From contig CAMDFP010000002.1 in assembly GCA_945897335.1 (NCBI GenBank), forward strand, positions 1-56,180: DNA of 56,180 bases, in the 5' to 3' direction. The translations under genes and the position numbers were made by a program. Under the pieces are notes generated by a model that was not told where the DNA came from, did no database searches, and saw only the letters and a program-made list of their open reading frames with translations. The DNA comes from Asaia bogorensis (lineage in GTDB: Bacteria; Pseudomonadota; Alphaproteobacteria; SHVZ01). Position 1 is the stretch's first letter. Each line of letters begins with the position of its first letter. This document shows, in pieces, positions 45,601 through 49,408 of the stretch.

Positions 45601-45980
45601 GAGAGGCCGATCACGGCGACCGGAACCGCCCGCCCCGGCTCCACCGCCTGCGGCTGAGGTCCGATGGTCGGATGCCGCACCGGCGCGACCGGCGCATCGC
45701 CGACGACGCCAAGCCCGGCCAGCCGTGCCACCAGCGTCGCCGGGGTCGGGCATTCGAACAGCGTCTCGATGCCGAGGGTGAGGCCGAAGCCCCGGTTGAT
45801 GCGATCGATCAATCGGACGGCGAGAAGCGAACCGAGGCCGAGATCGGCGAAGCTGCGGTCCGCGCGCCGGTCGTCGATACCATGACCGAGCACGTCGCCG
45901 ACGATGGCCATCACCGCAGCGGCGAGCAACGGGTCCGCAGGCACGCCAGAGCGGCCGAGCCTGTCCGAGTAGCGGATCAT
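30651..45980 (-). CDS. Trans-AT modular polyketide synthase, middle subunit (5109 aa): ACP | KS-DH-KR-cMT-ACP | KS-DH-KR-ACP | KS-DH-KR-cMT-ACP + C-terminal tail
   Basis: The start is taken as ATG 45980 (MIRYSDRLG), which forms an ATGA overlap with the upstream stop. The track start at 46286 is a 102-codon extension inside the upstream gene. Three complete KS domains and no AT. Confidence 0.95.
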   Translation of the reverse strand: MIRYSDRLGRSGVPADPLLAAAVMAIVGDVLGHGIDDRRADRSFADLGLGSLLAVRLIDRINRGFGLTLGIETLFECPTPATLVARLAGLGVVGDAPVAPVRHPTIGPQPQAVEPGRAVPVAVIGLSGRFGPAGSIAAFWAAVRAGRSLVGPLPRERRRLVGGRGAGVVGGFLDGIALFDAGLFGLSPREARATDPQQRLFLEQAWLALENAGYPVRRISGRRVGVYVGASPSGYEKLLEAEGAAADAWGMTGNLTALLASRISYHLDLRGPALTVDTACSSSLVALDLACQGIARGDCEMALVGGVGLFIDPDALGLMKSAGMLSPAGRCATFDAAADGIAIGEAVAAVLLKPLDQALADRDRIDAVVLATATNQDGRSNGITAPNSRAQAEVIRLAMQRAGIDADGIDLVEAHGTGTPLGDPVEIAGLAAALADRRREEPVRLGSAKANLGHSSEAAGLVGLIKAVASLRQGEIPALAGFHALNPRIELAGKGLAVADVAQPWPRSAGRVRRVGISSFGLAGTNAHAVVEEGRPSAASSNDTGPWLFVLSAETDPLLASRAGGLATWLRGDGITVPLPDVAATLARGRSHFSRRAALVAGDQAELLKGLDALASGGATPAPQPGPLADAAARYLAGEDDAWADASTFAAVDLPDQPLQRISHWPAVALAADTGDETVIALSPDDPMIGDHRIGGVAILHAAALLHLALDAIDQPALAAVRWVRPFTVPDGGASLRIISPGADGRITVSDGNGREIASFQPRSLPPASPPDMAAVLAMQAAAETIVTGGIAEPAPGVLLGPCYRGFDRLALGREGAVGTVVIGAGAPSRLRLLDAAIQAAAAVAGAGDGAALRPRMPVSLAALVRHGEPGLGTMHLLVRRRAASGAETTVDIDVLSSSGTPLLSLTGLTLREMTASVAAPAPVADPAPRTMKLDWTEAGALTRGALESRATLMVAAAGDKLADRLADALSGSGPVTRITSDAVADAAAWVSAAVGPVRLLLLPSRTTDGTDPAVVQSAVDAGATLILALARAIDPAGCDLDMIAVSRGAYVVEGSEQQGDPAQAAVLGLAKVVFGREVPGASARLFDLATHESIHIDVAALLADPGAWTGEPVAIRASRRFERRLEPASWQAGVAAPVRRVLIAGGFGRLGRAVARHAAVNWRAHVILVGRKPIDDARAAFLDELRGLGVAADGVVADMTTTDGAHAAFAAAGGPVDLVVQAVVDPVFGRASTVRPAEFLASLRPKIAGLVALRAAVVAAGAGRLVVFSSIGAFAGFPGALGQSAYAAQCAFEDAIVTGGNGTETPMLVVHWGLWADPSWRADLLAQVKAEGTFPMPTDACLAALDAMLADGGRQYVHAALSEQVWRAMGAAAVSGPAAAAIAAAAEVAAGLRSTDPAHHALVERHALSSLTTALAETGMLGQPGSREPMADVAARLATLPRLSGLAHAVIDLLGDAGAFRRAGAELHWVARPPLDPSLAATMRALGSSAGAAADLLDHCVTALPAVLRGEVPATDILFPRGSMERVEPIYRDQPGLEAANRIVAETVAALAAVRPGLAAIEIGAGTGATTAAILDRLGEDAPAPTRYLYTDVSAGFVQHGRAHYERSWLDYGVLDIERDPATQGLAAAFDVAIASNVLHATAGIDATLGHAAALLRPGGLLVLNENVRVEAFATLTFGLLDGWWRAADPARRLAGGPLLDQARWRAALRRAGLDPVAELAPGSSDASQVVIVALKAGTSKPGAPAMSAAPRPVAATRARPTPAAEAGGVTERLRVIVARALEIAADDIDPERPFAEYGVDSIISPQIADEIADGFGVVLRSTDLFSHATIEALAAHVSGLLPAPAAPVKREEMSPPPAVPAQRRDDVEVRAIGQDHPRAASAVHGQRIAIIGMAGRFPGAPDLDTFWDNIAAGRASIREIDRFPVPPSYDPGTGTPIPINARWAGLIDDFDRFDPLFFHITPAEAETMDPQQRLLLEEAWRALEDAGIVPARLAASRTGVFVGASANSYVAPGAPSLQTLGGSMAILSARLAYLLDLKGPTFPIDTGCSSSLVALHLACRSLASGECELAVAGGVAINLLSDDILAYLSDAGMASPSGVCRTFDDGADGFVPGEGVGVAVLKRLEDAERDGDRIRAVILATGINQDGRTSGITAPSAASQTALEIEVWQRAGIDPSTIRLAEAHGTGTRLGDPIEVNALTDAFRRFTDRTGFCAIGSVKTNIGHAMAAAGTAGLFKAVLALEHAVIPPTLNFRTPNRHIDFARSPFRVATETMSWPADVPRRAVVSSFGFSGSNAHIVLEAAPTRPAAGRAAGPWIFPLSAKSRASLDRLAAALAVRLESAAERDLDDIAWMLSVRRTHHRHRLAVVAGDTATLAAALKGHRAASPSAPIDVERAVAARTLMDLAAAYEAGAAVPFERLFDGPGRIVSLPGYPFDGTRYWNPLSRAVVVSTPASNAGMAIRVDADDWRLHQHQVDGAPMLPAAAVIELAAAALARRDGRPPAGLADLMWTRPIAGTGPFDLRLEPEAGETTLRLTHAGVEHATLAMTTSSASPTTLSVAALQARLGRVVEGAEMYEAAAARGIAYGPAFRLIDRLWSGDGEALARFVARPGLSARGAATLDAAMQTAAGIGTAAGAPAGLFVPVALGAVRWFADSAPVWVHARAKRIDRDGAVFDIVLAAADGSPVAVLERLVARAMAGIASEPDVATRRLVPVWTDAPVTAPLVSDRALVVVAAEAARRRWMAAAPDAILLAADHLDGLTGAVAGRRQVDVVLMLDAATDLAELDTLPLATAVDRIDPQPALDLTLGVVRGLAGVTSVRFLVASPGPADAPRHRALAALLRCVAAETPGWWVRALALEGGEVSPDVILTALPEARDAPDDVRILDGRRQVRTLAAAPEGTGTGLRDGATCVISGGTGGIGLLLAEHLIRHHRARVALLSRGAPPAAAVARLAALEAAGSVMLVEGDVADARALEAGLDRVRRSLGPIHAVFHLAGTRRDGIAATKSSSDLAAVLRAKVAGTLALDRLTRDDPLDLFCTFGSTAAEFPTFGQGDYAAANGFLAGFAAWRAGAGGRRGRTLTIAWPLWLDGGMTVPADLVALLRREAGFVPLPAGAAFTALDAAVSETGPVQVVLHGVGDVAAGLRRLGLAEAARAEAPSARRAVSAADYVARVLAEVARLPANRIEAEIPFEEYGIDSMMITRLNAAFERDLGAVPKTLFFEYRTPREVAGYLDREHGEALARLVGAGTSETSATLAPAARSSVTVMTPPVSADDAIAIIGIAGIYPGAEDLEAFWRLLRDGTDLIREIPKERWRLAGFYDPDRDNPSTSHAKWGGFIDGADRFDPRFFDMSPIEAESLDPQARKFLEAAWWALEDAGYGRHSLFAGDVRPERRAGGVFVGLMHSDYPLFAAEARARGELAITASGYWNAANRVSHFLDFRGPSVAVDTACSASLTAVHMAMQALRAGDCTVAIAGGVNLSLHPMKYWVLSKAGFSASDGRCRSFGEGGDGYVPGEGAGVVVLKPLARACADGDRIHAVIRASAVNHGGRTSGFTVPNPVAQGELIVDALARAGVAPGSISYVEAHGTGTALGDPIEINGLRRAFGAAGCPIGSVKSNVGHLESAAGIVALTKVVLQMRHRTLAPSLHSAVPNPDMGIEGSGFRVVQKAETWTVPDGQALRAGISSFGAGGANVHLIVEAPPPVAASGDDGQPKPLLLSARSVAALRSLAGRLAENLAAADGPALVDIAGTLALGREAMRHRLGFVAVDRTQAAARLKAFAEGADAGTHRGEATPGSRNAPPPLGLDAAIEAWVTGAAVDWRRFFPAGFSRTGLPLYPFERRRCWLSTRPDPAFKATAKVDAIVLRSDDPLVADHRVAGTLLAAGALLLARAAAHAGARAPFRLTDIAWTAPVPVPAEGTKIAVVETVTPAGRTLRLGNATTLTLATETPREAAASDLADLMARCPTALSHDRVYALLAAAGVDYGPSYALLDTVHIGDGEAVGRLGGAVQAATEDLAPGVLDAAMQLCFTLVGEGGEGLRPASVESVNVWRPLVMARFAYARRTAAGPGRLVVVIDLLDGDGSLVARMDGLTLRGARPRLDGDDAPALHVLRPVWREVAVRRPLAQAGITLVVGHDGDGGLGAALAAAAGEGAVLLTMRGRQAHGLERLKAWLADVPQPIARIVFLGGWRPDEDAPADVAAHERQRETATIALLRLAKVIAGAGLAETGVTLRVVTGNAQALVDGEAAMPEPTAVTALAKAIGRDLPDLAVRLIDLDARAWADESSRAGLVAAACGDAEAPADAELAWRRDRWLAKRLKPVALVPAQTFREDGRYVIAGAGGIGRALARHLAERHGASVWLIGRRPPSPDEAEGLTGLTRGSIVHRVADLADPAALGTAVAEAAGQSRQLDGVFHTALVMHDGLVGDLAERDFRAVVAPKAAGAINLLSALDGIETGFVCAFSSSNAYTANRGQSAYAAASAFIDALVLARGGAGARVIDWGLWGEAGRMAEATSLAQMRRLGVWPIGNDEGFAALSAVLAGTSRHVLVLKLRDDLLGPLGVDAGRANDQAVAELEAFIAANPPPADLDPGRFAAVDGYARALLAETLAKTPLPAPNGPAMTRLAAAARTVAEAAPSTSSSTALRKTLLDAGPEAAPYVALLDRTVPAVPDVVAGRVKATTLLFPDGSDRLVQAIYRGNRLVDWLQRLAAETVVAEVRRLLTRHPEAKVRVLEIGAGTGATTAFVLDALASLAAKMTYVFTDIGPSFLVAARRRFEGRAGLETKLLDASRPGGPQGIPDGSVDVVLAANVVHATARISETLGHLGRMLKVDGLLVLKEATSAHDFNTLTFGLTPEWWGFDDPEIRLPGAPLLSRAGWATALEAARFRDPRATGLAGPDEVESVLLARAPLGERTAAKVAEIRSALAAGGPTGAVEAALLVVVAEALHLAPGEVEPSGSFADYGADSIISVELVRRINARFGIELKTTALFNFATVRDLARFIEIEFVDALATTAPALRPEENGSVDRRVAEAKGKTRRLRERIEARRQAAPVNAEAEFLSREAAKSGAAPNPDRGTAATLEQLLARLEAGEIDVDEAMALEVVDDA
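30955..31185 (-). other. ACP domain
   Basis: FADYGADSIISV, Ser codon 31074-31076. It is followed by a tail of about 100 aa with no recognisable catalytic motif. Confidence 0.85.
31300..31990 (-). other. C-methyltransferase domain
   Basis: VRVLEIGAGTGATT, VLAANVVHAT and LTFGLTPEWW. Confidence 0.8.
32445..33640 (-). other. KR domain
   Basis: YVIAGAGGIGRALARHL and GQSAYAAASAF; ends near VIDWGLWGE. Confidence 0.75.
33680..34400 (-). other. DH-like domain (variant first motif)
   Basis: ADHRVAGTLLAAGA (HxxxGxxxx with Ala instead of Pro), YGPSYALL and LDAAMQLCF. Confidence 0.7.
34878..36150 (-). other. KS domain (elongating)
   Basis: VDTACSAS (Cys 35622-35624), EAHGTGTALGDPIE and KSNVGH. Confidence 0.9.
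36250..36480 (-). other. ACP domain
   Basis: FEEYGIDSMMIT, Ser codon 36381-36383. Confidence 0.85.
36700..37790 (-). other. KR domain
   Basis: CVISGGTGGIGLLLAEHL and GQGDYAAANGF; ends near IAWPLWLDG. Confidence 0.75.
37870..38600 (-). other. DH domain
   Basis: HQVDGAPMLPAAA (HxxxGxxxxP), YGPAFRLI and LDAAMQTAAG. Confidence 0.8.
39075..40320 (-). other. KS domain (elongating)
   Basis: IDTGCSSS (Cys 39831-39833), EAHGTGTRLGDPIE and KTNIGH. Confidence 0.9.
40460..40690 (-). other. ACP domain
   Basis: FAEYGVDSIISP, Ser codon 40572-40574. Confidence 0.85.
40820..41500 (-). other. C-methyltransferase domain
   Basis: AAIEIGAGTGATT, AIASNVLHAT and LTFGLLDGWW. Confidence 0.8.
42020..43130 (-). 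other. KR domain
   Basis: VLIAGGFGRLGRAVARH and GQSAYAAQCAF; ends near VVHWGLWAD. Confidence 0.75.
43240..43960 (-). other. DH-like domain (variant motifs)
   Basis: GDHRIGGVAILHAAA (HxxxGxxxx with His instead of Pro), GPCYRGF instead of YGPxF, and LLDAAIQAAA (DxxxQ). Confidence 0.65.
44382..45625 (-). other. KS domain (elongating)
   Basis: VDTACSSS (Cys 45141-45143), EAHGTGTPLGDPVE and KANLGH. Confidence 0.9.
45735..45965 (-). other. N-terminal orphan ACP domain (completes the upstream split module)
   Basis: FADLGLGSLLAVRL, Ser codon 45828-45830 (GS instead of DS). Confidence 0.8.
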
Positions 45981-48900
45981 GGCCGCATCCTCTCGCGGTT
46001 CCACGCTTCGAGCCCAGTCATGCCGGGCCGGCGCTCCGTCGTGATCAACAGGTAGCGCAGCAGACCCTCGCGGAGCGCGCGGCCGAAACCGTCCCACGAC
46101 CGCTGGACGCGTTCGACCAGATCGACACCAGCGCCGGCCTCGCGTCCGCGCTCGTCCGCCAGCATGCCATCGAGGCCCGGATCGACCAGGAAGTTCGCCA
46201 CCTCGCGGCTGGCATCGACGCAGGCGGCAATCCGAAAGCCGTGACGAGCCAGGATGTCGGAGTAATCCGTCAGCGTGCTGGTCCACGAGCCGACCTCAGG
46301 GAGCGCGATCGGCGCCACGGTGTCGGCCGCGCAGTCGATCAGCGCCAGTGTCGCGTCATCGTCGAGATGGGCGGCCAGATTGGCGAATAGCCCGTCCTTG
46401 TCGCGGATGTGGTGGCCGACCTCGAAGCCGAAAGCGAGCTGGAAGCGACCCGGAAACGCATCGACGGCGCTGTCGCGGCAATGGATCTGGATCCGGCCCG
46501 CGAGCCCGGCCGCGTTCACGCGTTGCCGTGCCGCGGCCGCCTGGTCGGGTGAGATCGTGTAGCCCACACCCTCGATATGCGCGTGCCGGCCGGCCAGATC
46601 GATCAGGTCGGTGGCGAAGCCGCAGCCGAAATCCAGCACGCGGCGGACCTTGGCGAAGTCCACGCCGTCGAAGACCACGGCACGCATCTCGCGCTGGGCT
46701 TCGACCATCAGGCGCCAATGCGCCGGATTGGCAGAGGGATCTTGCATGGTCCGGGTCCAGGAGAATCCGGCCACCTGCTCAGCGAACGGCGCCAGGGTCA
46801 GGTAGAGCGGTCCGGTCCGCTCGCCACCGGCGCGCGCGACGTAGTCGTAGAAGGCAGGTACCACGTCCGCTGCCGTCACGGTGACATCGAGCGGGAAGCG
46901 TCGCCGCGCGAAGATGCGTCGGGGGCGTTCAGGACGCGGCCCCGCGCCCGACTGCTCGATCACGACATGGGCGCTGACGCCGCCGAGGCCGTAGGCATGC
47001 ACGCCGGCGCGCCGGATAGCACCGGCGGGCCAGAGTCCGGGCTCGGCGTGGAGGCTGAGGCCGCTGCCTGCCAGCGCCAGCTCCGGGTTCGTGGTCCGCA
47101 ACCCCGCAACGCCGGGCCGGAAGCCGTCGGACACTGCCAGGATCGCGGCGACCAGCCCGGCAATGCCACCGGCCGCATCCAAGGAGCCGACTGCCGGCTT
47201 GACGCTGCCGACCTGCCAATCGAGCGCCTCGTCCTTCACATGCAGGGTGCGGAACGCGCTCCTGATCGCCGAGATTTCCGACAGGTCTCCATGCTTCGTC
47301 CCGGCTCCATGCGCCTCGATGTAGCCGGCGCCGAAGGGGGTCGTGCCAGCATCGCGCCAAGCCGCGACGATGGCGGCCGCCTGGCTTACGGCGCTCGGGA
47401 GCGTCAGCGAGCCGGCACTGCCGCCGGCATGACGCACCGCCGCGCCGGCCACCACCGCCTGCACACCATCACCGTCGGCTCGAGCGCGATCGAGCCGCTT
47501 CAGGACCACCACGCCGACGCCCTCGCCCCGCGCCTGGCCGGAGGCCGCGGCATCGAAAGCAAGACAGCGGCCGTCCCCCGCCAGGATGCCGAGGCGCGCC
47601 AGGCTGGCGGATTCGGCGTCGGACAGCAGCAGGCTGACGCCGCCGACGACCGCGATCTCGCACTCGCCGTGGCGCAGCGCCTCGATCGCGCGATGAACAG
47701 CGACCAGGCCGCTGGAGCAGGCGGTGTTGACTGTCTCGCTCGGCCCACGCCAGTCGAAAGTGAACGAGGTTCGGTTCGCCACCATGGACGGAAGGCTGCC
47801 CGGCACCGCCAGCGGGTCGGCGCCCAGATCGCCGCGACGCTCGATGAAGCTGGTCGAGTACATCGCCGCGAACACGCCGACAGCGCGGCCTCTGAGAGCC
47901 TGGGGATCGAGCCCGGCGTCTTCGAGCGCCCGCCATACCGTTTCCAGGAACAGGCGCTGGTGGGGATCCATCAGTGCCGCTTCCGTCGGCGCCAGCCGGA
48001 ACGGCTCGGGGTCGAAGTCCTCGACGCCGTCGATGAAGCCGCCGAGCGCCAAGCTGGATGCGCCGGCGAACCGCCCGGCCGGCGGCGGCCTGAGCGCCGA
48101 GCCGCCCCTCCGCAGCAGGGCTCGGAATCCATCGATGTCCTCGGCGCCGGGGAAGCGGCAGGCCATGCCGACCACCGCCGCCTTTCGAGTGTCCGGATCG
48201 GCCGACGGCGTGGTGCTGACGACCGGCGCAGCCACGCCTCCGGACAGGGACGCCAACCGGTCCAGCCCTTCCAGGACCTCCGTGGCCGGCAGGCCGAAAT
48301 CGAGCAGACAGGCGATCTCGTCGACACCGATGGCGGCCACGCGGCGCATCATGTCGCGGCACTCGTCGAGCGTGCCGATCAGGCTGGCGGTGCGGAGATA
48401 GCGCTGGAAAGCGAAATCGGCGATGCGGTCGCGTTGCGCGCCGTCGATCTCACCCGCGCCGGGTGCGGCGCGCGCGTGCTGGTCGAGCGCGCCGCGCACA
48501 TAGCTGGTCATCGGCCCTTTGACCCGCGCCAGGGTGCGCGCGGGATCCGGATCGCAATAGGCGTGAAGCATCAAAGTGACGCGGCCGGCCGCCGGATCGA
48601 GCCCGGCGTCGCGCCGCGCCACCCGATAGATCCGGAGGCGCTCGGCCACATCGTCCATGCTGCCGCCCAGCACCATGGTCAGGACGTTGAAGCCGGCGCG
48701 TCCGGCCCAGGCGAAGGTCTCGGGGTTCCCCGTGCTGGCGAGCCATACCTTCAGATCCGGTTGCAGCGGACGCGGATGCGGCGTGACATCGATCGGTTCG
48801 CCCTTACCCGAACGCCGCTTGGCCGAGCCGCCGGCCCAAAGCTGCCGCATCTCATCTAGGCGCGCGCGCAGCACGCCCTTGGCGTCGGCGAAGGTATCCG

Positions 48901-49408
48901 GCGACAGCGCGAAGTCGTTCGGATTCCAGCCGCTGCCGAAGGCCATGTCGACGCGGCCCTGCGACAGCTGATCGACCATCGCCCAGGCCTCGGCCACTTC
49001 CAGCGGGTCGTGAAGCGGCAGGATCACGCTGCCGGCGCGGATGCGGATGCGGGCGGTGACTAGGGCCACCGCCGCGGCCAGCACCGCCGGATTCGGATAG
49101 GGCCCGCCGAACCGGTCGAAGTGCCGCTCCGGCAGCCAGACCGCCTCGAAGCCCGCCGCGTCCGCGCGCCTCGCCGCCTCGATCACCAGACCGTAGGGAT
49201 CGCTGTCAACGCTTTCGGCGGCGAAGAACATGACGCTGAGCCGAGGCAGCGCGGCCTCCGGCAGCGCTGCCGGGGTTGTGATCGGTGCCGTCGCCCTTGC
49301 CGGTTTCGCAGACGGCACTGCCAGCGCCTGGGCGCCCTTGACGCCAATACGAGCGCGAAGGCGCGTGGCCTCGGCGAGCAGGGCGTCGCGATCGGGCCGG
49401 GGGCTCAT
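45977..49408 (-). CDS. Carrier-less tri-domain PKS accessory protein: luciferase-like monooxygenase (LLM) - KS0 - SAM methyltransferase
   Basis: 1143 aa. The ATG at 49408 overlaps the upstream stop (ATGA) and its own stop overlaps the next start (ATGA 45977-45980). See the sub-features for motifs. No ACP motif occurs anywhere in the protein. Confidence 0.9.
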   Translation of the reverse strand: MSPRPDRDALLAEATRLRARIGVKGAQALAVPSAKPARATAPITTPAALPEAALPRLSVMFFAAESVDSDPYGLVIEAARRADAAGFEAVWLPERHFDRFGGPYPNPAVLAAAVALVTARIRIRAGSVILPLHDPLEVAEAWAMVDQLSQGRVDMAFGSGWNPNDFALSPDTFADAKGVLRARLDEMRQLWAGGSAKRRSGKGEPIDVTPHPRPLQPDLKVWLASTGNPETFAWAGRAGFNVLTMVLGGSMDDVAERLRIYRVARRDAGLDPAAGRVTLMLHAYCDPDPARTLARVKGPMTSYVRGALDQHARAAPGAGEIDGAQRDRIADFAFQRYLRTASLIGTLDECRDMMRRVAAIGVDEIACLLDFGLPATEVLEGLDRLASLSGGVAAPVVSTTPSADPDTRKAAVVGMACRFPGAEDIDGFRALLRRGGSALRPPPAGRFAGASSLALGGFIDGVEDFDPEPFRLAPTEAALMDPHQRLFLETVWRALEDAGLDPQALRGRAVGVFAAMYSTSFIERRGDLGADPLAVPGSLPSMVANRTSFTFDWRGPSETVNTACSSGLVAVHRAIEALRHGECEIAVVGGVSLLLSDAESASLARLGILAGDGRCLAFDAAASGQARGEGVGVVVLKRLDRARADGDGVQAVVAGAAVRHAGGSAGSLTLPSAVSQAAAIVAAWRDAGTTPFGAGYIEAHGAGTKHGDLSEISAIRSAFRTLHVKDEALDWQVGSVKPAVGSLDAAGGIAGLVAAILAVSDGFRPGVAGLRTTNPELALAGSGLSLHAEPGLWPAGAIRRAGVHAYGLGGVSAHVVIEQSGAGPRPERPRRIFARRRFPLDVTVTAADVVPAFYDYVARAGGERTGPLYLTLAPFAEQVAGFSWTRTMQDPSANPAHWRLMVEAQREMRAVVFDGVDFAKVRRVLDFGCGFATDLIDLAGRHAHIEGVGYTISPDQAAAARQRVNAAGLAGRIQIHCRDSAVDAFPGRFQLAFGFEVGHHIRDKDGLFANLAAHLDDDATLALIDCAADTVAPIALPEVGSWTSTLTDYSDILARHGFRIAACVDASREVANFLVDPGLDGMLADERGREAGAGVDLVERVQRSWDGFGRALREGLLRYLLITTERRPGMTGLEAWNRERMRP
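46000..46880 (-). other. Class-I SAM-dependent methyltransferase domain (O-MT-like; distinct from the embedded cMT domains)
   Basis: Motif I is RVLDFGCGFATDLIDLA, followed by FQLAFGFEVGHHIRDK and DDATLALID. The sequence family clearly differs from the E(I/V)GAGTG(G/A)T cMT domains. Confidence 0.75.
46955..48185 (-). other. KS0 domain (second catalytic His replaced by Ser)
   Basis: VNTACSSG (Cys 47717-47719) and EAHGAGT are present. The N(I/V)GH motif reads KPAVGSLD (Ser codon 47183-47185). Confidence 0.85.
48250..49240 (-). other. Luciferase-like (flavin-dependent) monooxygenase domain
   Basis: LSVMFFAAES, GFEAVWLPERHFDRFGGPYPNP and DMAFGSGWNPNDF: a TIM-barrel LLM signature of the kind found fused to or associated with natural-product synthases. 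Confidence 0.85.

Noticed and set aside
45981-46286. 102-codon N-terminal extension of the middle PKS ORF; likewise 30659-30949 for the SDR and 1361-1630 for P450 copy 1.
   Set aside because: The extensions overlap the 3' ends of upstream genes that have clear homology. They have no homology themselves. In-frame ATGs that create ATGA/ATGCTTAA coupling junctions mark the real starts.
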